This document shows, one piece after another, positions 42,300 through 56,200 of a stretch of DNA of 64,000 bases (positions are counted from its first letter, which is position 1; the number at the start of each line of letters is the position of its first letter). The stretch comes from Auanema rhodensis (lineage: Eukaryota; Animalia; Nematoda). Below the pieces are notes generated by a model. The model had not been told where the DNA came from, did no database searches, and saw nothing but the letters and a program-made list of their open reading frames with translations. The stretch lies in assembly GCA_964057225.1 (NCBI GenBank), contig OZ059898.1, forward strand, positions 744,001 through 808,000, written 5' to 3'. The position numbers were made by a program, and so were the translations under genes.

Positions 42300-45200
42300 A
42301 CTAATGCATCATTTTTCAAACGATCATAACTAATTTTTGTATTAAGCGTTTCTCAATGTCGTATAGTGCATTCGATGCGGATTTTTAAGCTGCGTCGATC
42401 TGTGTTATCAGATTTGCGCTAGCTTAAAAATGCACCGAGATATCAACTGATATAAGTTCACACTTATATCCTCGATTTTCACCCTGAAGAATTAATTTTT
42501 TTGTTGAATAACATTGTCCATCGTCTTTGCCTTGAAAAAAGGAATCTAAAAACATCTACTTTTTGCTAAATTATTTTGAAAATTTTTCGAAAAAATTTTT
42601 GTCAAAATGTTTTTGGAAGCAATGTTGAGTGTACATGGAAACTCAACATACACTAATGCATCATTTTTCAAACGATCATAACTAATTTTTGTATTAAGCG
42701 TTTCTCAATGTCGTATAGTGCATTCGATGCGGATTTTTAAGCTGCGTCGATCTGTGTTATCAGATTTGCGCTAGCTTAAAAATGCACCGAGATATCAACT
42801 GATATAAGTTCACACTTATATCCTCGATTTTCACCCTGAAGAATTAATTTTTTCGTTGAATAACAATGTCCATCGTCTTTGCCTTGAAAGAAGGAATCTA
42901 AAAACATCTACTTTTTGCTAAATTATCTTGAAATTTTTCGAAAAAATTTTTGTCAAAATGTTTTTGGAAGCAATGTTGAGTGTACATGGAAACTCAACAT
43001 ACACTAATGCATCATTTTTCAAACGATCATAACTAATTTTTGTATTAAGCGTTTCTCAATGTAGTATAGTGCATTCGATGCGGATTTTTAAGCTGCGTCG
43101 ATCTGTGTTATCAGATTTGCGCTAGCTTAAAAATGCACCGAGATATCAACTGATATAAGTTCACACTTATATCCTCGATTTTCACCCTGAAGAATTAATT
43201 TTTTTGTTGAATAACATTGTCCATCGTCTTTGCCTTGAAAAAAGGAATCTAAAAACATCTACTTTTTGCTAAATTATCTTGAAATTTTTCGAAAAAATTT
43301 TTGTCAAAATGTTTTTGGAAGCAATGTTGAGTGTACATGGAAACTCAACATACACTAATGCATCATTTTTCAAACGATCATAACTAATTTTTGTATTAAG
43401 CGTTTCTCAATGTAGTATAGTGCATTCGATGCGGATTTTTAAGCTGCGTCGATCTGTGTTATCAGATTTGAGCTAGCTTAAAAATGCACCGAGATATCAA
43501 CTGATATAAGTTCACACTTATATCCTCGATTTTCACCCTGAAGAATTAATTTTTTTGTTGAATAACATCGTCCATCGTCTTTGCCTTGAAAAAAGGAATC
43601 TAAAAACATCTACTTTTTGCTAAATTATCTTGAAATTTTTCGAAAAAATTTTTGTCAAAATGTTTTTGGAAGCAATGTTGAGTGTACATGGAAACTCAAC
43701 ATACACTAATGCATCATTTTTCAAACGATCATAACTAATTTTTGTATTAAGCGTTTCTCAATGTAGTATAGTGCATTCGATGCGGATTTTTAAGCTGCGT
43801 CGATCTGTGTTATCAGATTTGCGCTAGCTTAAAAATGCACCGAGATATCAACTGATATAAGTTCACACTTATATCCTCGATTTTCACCCTGAAGAATTAA
43901 TTTTTTCGTTGAATAACATTGTCCATCGTCTTTGCCTTGAAAAAGGAATCTAAAAACATCTACTTTTTGCTAAATTATCTTGAAATTTTTCGAAAAAATT
44001 TTTGTCAAAATGTTTTTGGAAGCAATGTTGAGTGTACATGGAAACTCAACATACACTAATGCATCATTTTTCAAACGATCATAACTAATTTTTGTATTAA
44101 GCGTTTCTCAATGTCGTATAGTGCATTCGATGCGGATTTTTAAGCTGCGTCGATCTGTGTTATCAGATTTGCGCTAGCTTAAAAATGCACCGAGATATCA
44201 ACTGATATAAGTTCACACTTATATCCTCGATTTTCACCCTGAAGAATTAATTTTTTCGTTGAATAACATTGTCCATCGTCTTTGCCTTGAAAAAGGAATC
44301 TAAAAACATCTACTTTTTGCTAAATTATCTTGAAATTTTTCGAAAAAATTTTTGTCAAAATGTTTTTGGAAGCAATGTTGAGTGTACATGGAAACTCAAC
44401 ATACACTAATGCATCATTTTTCAAACGATCATAACTAATTTTTGTATTAAGCGTTTCTCAATGTCGTATAGTGCATTCGATGCGGATTTTTAAGCTGCGT
44501 CGATCTGTGTTATCAGATTTGCGCTAGCTTAAAAATGCACCGAGATATCAACTGATATAAGTTCACACTTATATCCTCGATTTTCACCCTGAAGAATTAA
44601 TTTTTTCGTTGAATAACATTGTCCATCGTCTTTGCCTTGAAAAAAGGAATCTAAAAACATCTACTTTTTGCTAAATTATCTTGAAATTTTTCGAAAAAAT
44701 TTTTGTCAAAATGTTTTTGGAAGCAATGTTGAGTGTACATGGAAACTCAACATACACTAATGCATCATTTTTCAAACGATCATAACTAATTTTTGTATTA
44801 AGCGTTTCTCAATGTCGTATAGTGCATTCGATGCGGATTTTTAAGCTGCGTCGATCTGTGTTATCAGATTTGCGCTAGCTTAAAAATGCACCGAGATATC
44901 AACTGATATAAGTTCACACTTATATCCTCGATTTTCACCCTGAAGAATTAATTTTTTTGTTGAATAACATTGTCCATCGTCTTTGCCTTGAAAAAAGGAA
45001 TCTAAAAACATCTACTTTTTGCTAAATTATTTTGAAAATTTTTCGAAAAAATTTTTGTCAAAATGTTTTTGGAAGCAATGTTGAGTGTACATGGAAACTC
45101 AACATACACTAATGCATCATTTTTCAAACGATCATAACTAATTTTTGTATTAAGCGTTTCTCAATGTCGTATAGTGCATTCGATGCGGATTTTTAAGCTG

Positions 45201-47270
45201 CGTCGATCTGTGTTATCAGATTTGCGCTAGCTTAAAAATGCACCGAGATATCAACTGATATAAGTTCACACTTATATCCTCGATTTTCACCCTGAAGAAT
45301 TAATTTTTTCGTTGAATAACAATGTCCATCGTCTTTGCCTTGAAAGAAGGAATCTAAAAACATCTACTTTTTGCTAAATTATCTTGAAATTTTTCGAAAA
45401 AATTTTTGTCAAAATGTTTTTGGAAGCAATGTTGAGTGTACATGGAAACTCAACATACACTAATGCATCATTTTTCAAACGATCATAACTAATTTTTGTA
45501 TTAAGCGTTTCTCAATGTAGTATAGTGCATTCGATGCGGATTTTTAAGCTGCGTCGATCTGTGTTATCAGATTTGCGCTAGCTTAAAAATGCACCGAGAT
45601 ATCAACTGATATAAGTTCACACTTATATCCTCGATTTTCACCCTGAAGAATTAATTTTTTTGTTGAATAACATTGTCCATCGTCTTTGCCTTGAAAAAAG
45701 GAATCTAAAAACATCTACTTTTTGCTAAATTATCTTGAAATTTTTCGAAAAAATTTTTGTCAAAATGTTTTTGGAAGCAATGTTGAGTGTACATGGAAAC
45801 TCAACATACACTAATGCATCATTTTTCAAACGATCATAACTAATTTTTGTATTAAGCGTTTCTCAATGTAGTATAGTGCATTCGATGCGGATTTTTAAGC
45901 TGCGTCGATCTGTGTTATCAGATTTGAGCTAGCTTAAAAATGCACCGAGATATCAACTGATATAAGTTCACACTTATATCCTCGATTTTCACCCTGAAGA
46001 ATTAATTTTTTTGTTGAATAACATCGTCCATCGTCTTTGCCTTGAAAAAAGGAATCTAAAAACATCTACTTTTTGCTAAATTATCTTGAAATTTTTCGAA
46101 AAAATTTTTGTCAAAATGTTTTTGGAAGCAATGTTGAGTGTACATGGAAACTCAACATACACTAATGCATCATTTTTCAAACGATCATAACTAATTTTTG
46201 TATTAAGCGTTTCTCAATGTAGTATAGTGCATTCGATGCGGATTTTTAAGCTGCGTCGATCTGTGTTATCAGATTTGCGCTAGCTTAAAAATGCACCGAG
46301 ATATCAACTGATATAAGTTCACACTTATATCCTCGATTTTCACCCTGAAGAATTAATTTTTTCGTTGAATAACATTGTCCATCGTCTTTGCCTTGAAAAA
46401 GGAATCTAAAAACATCTACTTTTTGCTAAATTATCTTGAAATTTTTCGAAAAAATTTTTGTCAAAATGTTTTTGGAAGCAATGTTGAGTGTACATGGAAA
46501 CTCAACATACACTAATGCATCATTTTTCAAACGATCATAACTAATTTTTGTATTAAGCGTTTCTCAATGTCGTATAGTGCATTCGATGCGGATTTTTAAG
46601 CTGCGTCGATCTGTGTTATCAGATTTGCGCTAGCTTAAAAATGCACCGAGATATCAACTGATATAAGTTCACACTTATATCCTCGATTTTCACCCTGAAG
46701 AATTAATTTTTTCGTTGAATAACATTGTCCATCGTCTTTGCCTTGAAAAAGGAATCTAAAAACATCTACTTTTTGCTAAATTATCTTGAAATTTTTCGAA
46801 AAAATTTTTGTCAAAATGTTTTTGGAAGCAATGTTGAGTGTACATGGAAACTCAACATACACTAATGCATCATTTTTCAAACGATCATAACTAATTTTTG
46901 TATTAAGCGTTTCTCAATGTCGTATAGTGCATTCGATGCGGATTTTTAAGCTGCGTCGATCTGTGTTATCAGATTTGCGCTAGCTTAAAAATGCACCGAG
47001 ATATCAACTGATATAAGTTCACACTTATATCCTCGATTTTCACCCTGAAGAATTAATTTTTTCGTTGAATAACATTGTCCATCGTCTTTGCCTTGAAAAA
47101 AGGAATCTAAAAACATCTACTTTTTGCTAAATTATCTTGAAATTTTTCGAAAAAATTTTTGTCAAAATGTTTTTGGAAGCAATGTTGAGTGTACATGGAA
47201 ACTCAACATACACTAATGCATCATTTTTCAAACGATCATAACTAATTTTTGTATTAAGCGTTTCTCAATG
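42300..47270. repeat. Higher-order duplication, period 7 monomers (2456 bp); boundaries approximate
   Basis: AACAATGTCC+GAAAGAAGG at 42866/45322 and GAGCTAGC at 43471/45927 are both 2456 bp apart (7x351, -2 +1 bp of indels). Confidence 0.88.
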
Positions 47271-50200
47271 TAGTATAGTGCATTCGATGCGGATTTTTAA
47301 GCTGCATCGATCTGTGTTATCAGATTTGCGCTAGCTTAAAAATGCACCGAGATATCAACTGATATAAGTTCACACTTATATCCTCGATTTTCACCCTGAA
47401 GAATTAATTTTTTCGTTGAATAACATTGTCCATCGTCTTTGCCTTGAAAAAAGGAATCTAAAAACATCTACTTTTTGCTAAATTATCTTGAAATTTTTCG
47501 AAAAAATTTTTGTCAAAATGTTTTTGGAAGCAATGTTGAGTGTACATGGAAACTCAACATACACTAATGCATCATTTTTCAAACGATCATAACTAATTTT
47601 TGTATTAAGCGTTTCTCAATGTCGTATAGTGCATTCGATGCGGATTTTTAAGCTGCGTCGATCTGTGTTATCAGATTTGCGCTAGCTTAAAAATGCACCG
47701 AGATATCAACTGATATAAGTTCACACTTATATCCTCGATTTTCACCCTGAAGAATTAATTTTTTCGTTGAATAACATTGTCCATCGTCTTTGCCTTGAAA
47801 AAAGGAATCTAAAAACATCTACTTTTTGCTAAATTATCTTGAAATTTTTCGAAAAAATTTTTGTCAAAATGTTTTTGGAAGCAATGTTGAGTGTACATGG
47901 AAACTCAACATACACTAATGCATCATTTTTCAAACGATCATAACTAATTTTTGTATTAAGCGTTTCTCAATGTAGTATAGTGCATTCGATGCGGATTTTT
48001 AAGCTGCATCGATCTGTGTTATCAGATTTGCGCTAGCTTAAAAATGCACCGAGATATCAACTGATATAAGTTCACACTTATATCCTCGATTTTCACCCTG
48101 AAGAATTAATTTTTTCGTTGAATAACATTGTCCATCGTCTTTGCCTTGAAAAAAGGAATCTAAAAACATCTACTTTTTGCTAAATTATCTTGAAATTTTT
48201 CGAAAAAATTTTTGTCAAAATGTTTTTGGAAGCAATGTTGAGTGTACATGGAAACTCAACATACACTAATGCATCATTTTTCAAACGATCATAACTAATT
48301 TTTGTATTAAGCGTTTCTCAATGTCGTATAGTGCATTCGATGCGGATTTTTAAGCTCCGTCGATCTGTGTTATCAGATTTGCGCTAGCTTAAAAATGCAC
48401 CGAGATATCAACTGATATAAGTTCACACTTATATCCTCGATTTTCACCCTGAAGAATTAATTTTTTCGTTGAATAACATTGTCCATCGTCTTTGCCTTGA
48501 AAAAGGAATCTAAAAACATCTACTTTTTGCTAAATTATCTTGAAATTTTTCGAAAAAATTTTTGTCAAAATGTTTTTGGAAGCAATGTTGAGTGTACATG
48601 GAAACTCAACATACACTAATGCATCATTTTTCAAACGATCATAACTAATTTTTGTATTAAGCGTTTCTCAATGTCGTATAGTGCATTCGATGCGGATTTT
48701 TAAGCTGCGTCGATCTGTGTTTTCAGATTTGCGCTAGCTTAAAAATGCACCGAGATATCAACTGATATAAGTTCACACTTATATCCTCGATTTTCACCCT
48801 GAAGAATTAATTTTTTTGTTGAATAACATTGTCCATCGTCTTTGCCTTGAAAAAAGGAATCTAAAAACATCTACTTTTTGCTAAATTATTTTGAAATTTT
48901 TCGAAAAAATTTTTGTCAAAATGTTTTTGAAAGCAATGTTGAGTGTACATGGAAACTCAACATACACTAATGCATCATTTTTCAAACGATCATAACTAAT
49001 TTTTGTATTAAGCGTTTCTCAATGTAGTATAGTGCATTCGATGCGGATTTTTAAGCTGCGTCGATCTGTGTTATCAGATTTGCGCTAGCTTAAAAATGCA
49101 CCGAGATATCAACTGATATAAGTTCACACTTATATCCTCGATTTTCACCCTGAAGAATTAATTTTTTCGTTGAATAACATTGTCCATCGTCTTTGCCTTG
49201 AAAAAAGGAATCTAAAAACATCTACTTTTTGCTAAATTATCTTGAAATTTTTCGAAAAAATTTTTGTCAAAATGTTTTTGGAAGCAATGTTGAGTGTACA
49301 TGGAAACTCAACATACACTAATGCATCATTTTTCAAACGATCATAACTAATTTTTGTATTAAGCGTTTCTCAATGTAGTATAGTGCATTCGATGCGGATT
49401 TTTAAGCTGCGTCGATCTGTGTTATCAGATTTGCGCTAGCTTAAAAATGCACCGAGATATCAACTGATATAAGTTCACACTTATATCCTCGATTTTCACC
49501 CTGAAGAATTAATTTTTTCGTTGAATAACATTGTCCATCGTCTTTGCCTTGAAAAAAGGAATCTAAAAACATCTACTTTTTGCTAAATTATCTTGAAATT
49601 TTTCGAAAAAATTTTTGTCAAAATGTTTTTGGAAGCAATGTTGAGTGTACATGGAAACTCAACATACACTAATGCATCATTTTTCAACCGATCATAACTA
49701 ATTTTTGTATTAAGCGATTCTCAATGTAGTATAGTGCATTCGATGCGGATTTTTGAGCTGCGTCGTTCTGTGTTATCAGATTTGCGCTAGCTTAAAAATG
49801 CACCGAGATATCAACTGATATAAGTTCACACTTATATCCTCGATTTTCACCCTGAAGAATTAATTTTTTCGTTGAATAACATTGTCCATCGTCTTTGCCT
49901 TGAAAAATGGAATCTAAAAACATCTACTTTTTGCTAAATTATTTCGAAATTTTTCGAAAAAATTTTTGTCAAAATGTTTTTGGAAGCAATGTTGAGTGTA
50001 CATGGAAACTCAACATACACTAATGCATCATTTTTCAAACGATCATAACTAATTTTTGTATTAAGCGTTTCTCAATGTAGTATAGTGCATTCGATGCGGA
50101 TTTTTAAGCTGCGTCGATCTGTGTTATCAGATTTGCGCTAGCTTAAAAATGCACCGAGATATCAACTGATATAAGTTCACACTTATATCCTCGATTTTCA

Positions 50201-50649
50201 CCCTGAAGAATTAATTTTTTCGTTGAATAACATTGTCCATCGTCTTTGCCTTGAAAAAAGGAATCTAAAAACATCTACTTTTTGCTAAATTATCTTGAAA
50301 TTTTTCGAAAAAATTTTTGTCAAAATGTTTTTGGAAGCAATGTTGAGTGTACATGGAAACTCAACATACACTAATGCATCATTTTTCAAACGATCATAAC
50401 TAATTTTTGTATTAAGCGTTTCTCAATGTAGTATAGTGCATTCGATGCGGATTTTTAAGCTGCGTCGATCTGTGTTATTAGATTTGCGCTAGCTTAAAAA
50501 TGCACCGAGATATCAACTGATATAAGTTCACACTTATATCCTCGATTTTCACCCTGAAGAATTAATTTTTTTGTTGAATAACATTGTCCATCGTCTTTGC
50601 CTTGAAAAAAGGAATCTAAAAACATCTACTTTTTGCTAAATTATTTTGA

Positions 50650-53600
50650 AATTTTTCGAAAAAATTTTTGTCAAAATGTTTTTGAAAGCAATGTTGAGTG
50701 TACATGGAAACTCAACATACACTAATGCATCATTTTTCAAACGATCATAACTAATTTTTGTATTAAGCGTTTCTCAATGTAGTATAGTGCATTCGATGCG
50801 GATTTTTAAGCTGCGTCGATCTGTGTTATCAGATTTGCGCTAGCTTAAAAATGCACCGAGATATCAACTGATATAAGTTCACACTTATATCCTCGATTTT
50901 CACCCTGAAGAATTAATTTTTTCGTTGAATAACATTGTCCATCGTCTTTGCCTTGAAAAAAGGAATCTAAAAACATCTACTTTTTGCTAAATTATCTTGA
51001 AATTTTTCGAAAAAATTTTTGTCAAAATGTTTTTGGAAGCAATGTTGAGTGTACATGGAAACTCAACATACACTAATGCATCATTTTTCAAACGATCATA
51101 ACCAATTTTTGTATTAAGCGTTTCTCAATGTAGTATAGTGCATTCGATGCGGATTTTTAAGCTGCGTCGATCTGTGTTATCAGATTTGCGCTAGCTTAAA
51201 AATGCACCGAGATATCGACTGATATAAGTTCACACTTATATCCTCGATTTTCACCCTGAAGAATTAATTTTTTCGTTGAATAACATTGTCCATCGTCTTT
51301 GCCTTGAAAAATGGAATCTAAAAACATCTACTTTTCGCTAAATTATTTTGAAATTTTTTGAAAAAATTTTTGTCAAAATGTTTTTGGAAGCAATGTTGAG
51401 TGTACATGGAAACTCAACATACACTAATGCATCATTTTTCAAACGATCATAACTAATTTTTGTATTAAGCGTTTCTCAATGTAGTATAGTGCATTCGATG
51501 CGGATTTTTAAGCTGCGTCGATCTGTGTTATCAAATTTGCGCTAGCTTAAAAATGCACCGAGATATCAACTGATATAAGTTCACACTTATATCCTCGATT
51601 TTCACCCTGAAGAATTAATTTTTTTGTTGAATAACATTGTCCATCGTCTTTGCATTGAAAAAAGGAATCTAAAAACATGTACTTTTTGCTAAATTATTTT
51701 GAAATTTTCCGAAAAAATTTTTGTCAAAATGTTTTTGGAAGCAATGTTGAGTGTACATAGAAACTCAACATACACTAATGCATCATTTTTCAAACGATCA
51801 TAACTAATTTTTGTATTAAGGGTTTCTCAATGTCGTATAGAGCATTCGATGCGGATTTTTAAGCTGCGTCGATCTGTGTTATCAGATTTGCGCTAGCTTA
51901 AAAATGCACCGAGATATCAACTGATATAAGTTCACACTTATATCCTCGATTTTCACCCTGAAGAATTAATTTTTTCGTTGAATAACATTGTCCATCGTCT
52001 TTGCCTTGAAAAAAGGAATCTAAAAACATCTACTTTTTGCTAAATTATCTTGAAATTTTTCGAAAAAATTTTTGTCAAAATGTTTTTGGAAGCAATGTTG
52101 AGTGTACATGGAAACTCAACATACACTAATGCATCATTTTTTAAACGATCATAACTAATTTTTGTATTAAGCGTTTCTCAATGTAGTATAGTGCATTCGA
52201 TGCGGATTTTTAAGCTGCGTCGATCTGTGTTATCAAATTTGCGCTAGCTTAAAAATGCACCGAGATATCAACTGATATAAGTTCACACTTATATCCTCGA
52301 TTTTCACCCTGAAGAATTAATTTTTTTGTTGAATAACATTGTCCATCGTCTTTGCCTTGAAAAAAGGAATCTAAAAACATCTACTTTTTGCTAAATTATT
52401 TTGAAATTTTTCGAAAAAATTTTTGTCAAAATGTTTTTGGAAGCAATGTTGAGTGTACATGGAAACTCAACATACACTAATGCATCATTTTTCAAACGAT
52501 CATAACTAATTTTTGTATTAAGCGTTTCTCAATGTAGTATAGTGCATTCGATGCGGATTTTTAAGCTGCGTCGATCTGTGTTATCAGATTTGCGCTAGCT
52601 TAAAAATGCACCGAGATATCAACTGATATAAGTTCACACTTATATCCTCGATTTTCACCCTGAAGAATTAATTTTTTTGTTGAATAACATTGTCCATCGT
52701 CTTTGCCTTTAAAAAAGGAATCTAAAAACATCTACTTTTTGCTAAATTATCTTGAAATTTTTCGAAAACATTTTTGTCAAAATGTTTTTGGAAGCAATGT
52801 TGAGTGTACATAGAAACTCAACATACACTAATGCATCATTTTTCAAACGATCATAACTAATTTTTGTATTAAGCGTTTCTCAATGTAGTATAGTGCATTC
52901 GATGCGGATTTTTAAGCTGCGTCGATCTGTGTTATCAGATTTGCGCTAGCTTAAAAATGCACCGAGATATCAACTGATATAAGTTCACACTTATATCCTC
53001 GATTTTCACCCTGAAGAATTAATTTTTTCGTTGAATAACATTGTCCATCGTCTTTGCCTTGAAAAAAGGAATCTAAAAACATCTACTTTTTGCTAAATTA
53101 TCTTGAAATTTTTCGAAAAAATTTTTGTCAAAATGTTTTTGGAAGCAATGTTGAGTGTACATGGAAACTCAACATACACTAATGCATCATTTTTCAAACG
53201 ATCATAACTAATTTTTGTATTAAGCGTTTCTCAATGTCGTATAGTGCATTCGATGCGGATTTTTAAGCTCCGTCGATCTGTGTTATCAGATTTGCGCTAG
53301 CTTAAAAATGCACCGAGATATCAACTGATATAAGTTCACACTTATATCCTCGATTTTCACCCTGAAGAATTAATTTTTTCGTTGAATAACATTGTCCATC
53401 GTCTTTGCCTTGAAAAAAGGAATCTAAAAACATCTACTTTTTGCTAAATTATCTTGAAATTTTTCGAAAAAATTTTTGTCAAAATGTTTTTGGAAGCAAT
53501 GTTGAGTGTACATGGAAACTCAACATACACTAATGCATCATTTTTCAAACGATCATAACTAATTTTTGTATTAAGCGTTTCTCAATGTCGTATAGTGCAT

Positions 53601-56200
53601 TCGATGCGGATTTTTAAGCTGCGTCGATCTGTGTTATCAGATTTGCGCTAGCTTAAAAATGCACCGAGATATCAACTGATATAAGTTCACACTTATATCC
53701 TCGATTTTCACCCTGAAGAATTAATTTTTTCGTTGAATAACATTGTCCATCGTCTTTGCCTTGAAAAAAGGAATCTAAAAACATCTACTTTTTGCTAAAT
53801 TATTTCGAAATTTTTCGAAAAAATTTTTGTCAAAATGTTTTTGGAAGCAATGTTGAGTGTACAAGGAAACTCAACATACACTAATGCATCATTTTTCAAA
53901 CGATCATAACTAATTTTTGTATTAAGCGTTTCTCAATGTAGTATAGTGCATTCGATGCGGATTTTTAAGCTGCGTCGATCTGTGTTATCAGATTTGCGCT
54001 AGCTTAAAAATGCACCGAGATATCAACTGATATAAGTTCACACTTATATCCTCGATTTTCACCCTGAAGAATTAATTTTTTCGTTGAATAACATTGTCCA
54101 TCGTCTTTGCCTTGAAAAAAGGAATCTAAAAACATCTACTTTTTGCTAAATTATTTTGAAATTTTTCGAAAAAATTTTTGTCAAAATGTTTTTGAAAGCA
54201 ATGTTGAGTGTACAAGGAAACTCAACATACACTAATGCATCATTTTTCAAACGATCATAACTAATTTTTGTATTAAGCGTTTCTCAATGTAGTATAGTGC
54301 ATTCGATGCGGATTTTTAAGCTGCGTCGATCTGTGTTATCAGATTTGCGCTAGCTTAAAAATGCACCGAGATATCAACTGATATAAGTTCACACTTATAT
54401 CCTCGATTTTCACCCTGAAGAATTAATTTTTTCGTTGAATAACATTGTCCATCGTCTTTGCCTTGAAAAAAGGAATCTAAAAACATCTACTTTTTGCTAA
54501 ATTATTTTGAAATTTTTCGAAAAAATTTTTGTCAAAATGTTTTTGAAAGCAATGTTGAGTGTACATGGAAACTCAACATACACTAATGCATCATTTTTCA
54601 AACGATCATAACTAATTTTTGTATTAAGCGTTTCTCAATGTAGTATAGTGCATTCGATGCGGATTTTTAAGCTGCGTCGATCTGTGTTATCAGATTTGCG
54701 CTAGCTTAAAAATGCACCGAGATATCAACTGATATAAGTTCACACTTATATCCTCGATTTTCACCCTGAAGAATTAATTTTTTCGTTGAATAACATTGTC
54801 CATCGTCTTTGCCTTGAAAAAAGGAATCTAAAAACATCTACTTTTTGCTAAATTATCTTGAAATTTTTCGAAAAAATTTTTGTCAAAATGTTTTTGGAAG
54901 CAATGTTGAGTGTACATGGAAACTCAACATACACTAATGCATCATTTTTCAAACGATCATAACTAATTTTTGTATTAAGCGTTTCTCAATGTAGTATAGT
55001 GCATTCGATGCGGATTTTTAAGCTGCGTCGATCTGTGTTATCAGATTTGCGCTAGCTTAAAAATGCACCGAGATATCGACTGATATAAGTTCACACTTAT
55101 ATCCTCGATTTTCACCCTGAAGAATTAATTTTTTCGTTGAATAACATTGTCCATCGTCTTTGCCTTGAAAAATGGAATCTAAAAACATCTACTTTTCGCT
55201 AAATTATTTTGAAATTTTTTGAAAAAATTTTTGTCAAAATGTTTTTGGAAGCAATGTTGAGTGTACATGGAAACTCAACATACACTAATGCATCATTTTT
55301 CAAACGATCATAACTAATTTTTGTATTAAGCGTTTCTCAATGTAGTATAGTGCATTCGATGCGGATTTTTAAGCTGCGTCGATCTGTGTTATCAAATTTG
55401 CGCTAGCTTAAAAATGCACCGAGATATCAACTGATATAAGTTCACACTTATATCCTCGATTTTCACCCTGAAGAATTAATTTTTTTGTTGAATAACATTG
55501 TCCATCGTCTTTGCATTGAAAAAAGGAATCTAAAAACATGTACTTTTTGCTAAATTATTTTGAAATTTTCCGAAAAAATTTTTGTCAAAATGTTTTTGGA
55601 AGCAATGTTGAGTGTACATAGAAACTCAACATACACTAATGCATCATTTTTCAAACGATCATAACTAATTTTTGTATTAAGGGTTTCTCAATGTCGTATA
55701 GAGCATTCGATGCGGATTTTTAAGCTGCGTCGATCTGTGTTATCAGATTTGCGCTAGCTTAAAAATGCACCGAGATATCAACTGATATAAGTTCACACTT
55801 ATATCCTCGATTTTCACCCTGAAGAATTAATTTTTTCGTTGAATAACATTGTCCATCGTCTTTGCCTTGAAAAAAGGAATCTAAAAACATCTACTTTTTG
55901 CTAAATTATCTTGAAATTTTTCGAAAAAATTTTTGTCAAAATGTTTTTGGAAGCAATGTTGAGTGTACATGGAAACTCAACATACACTAATGCATCATTT
56001 TTTAAACGATCATAACTAATTTTTGTATTAAGCGTTTCTCAATGTAGTATAGTGCATTCGATGCGGATTTTTAAGCTGCGTCGATCTGTGTTATCAAATT
56101 TGCGCTAGCTTAAAAATGCACCGAGATATCAACTGATATAAGTTCACACTTATATCCTCGATTTTCACCCTGAAGAATTAATTTTTTTGTTGAATAACAT
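50650..56200. repeat. Block of ~5 monomers duplicated at 11-monomer spacing (3861 bp); boundaries approximate
   Basis: ATATCGACTG 51217/55078 and TTAAGGGTTTC 51821/55682, with AGAGCATTC, TTTTCGCT and GCATTGAA variants shared in order. Confidence 0.85.
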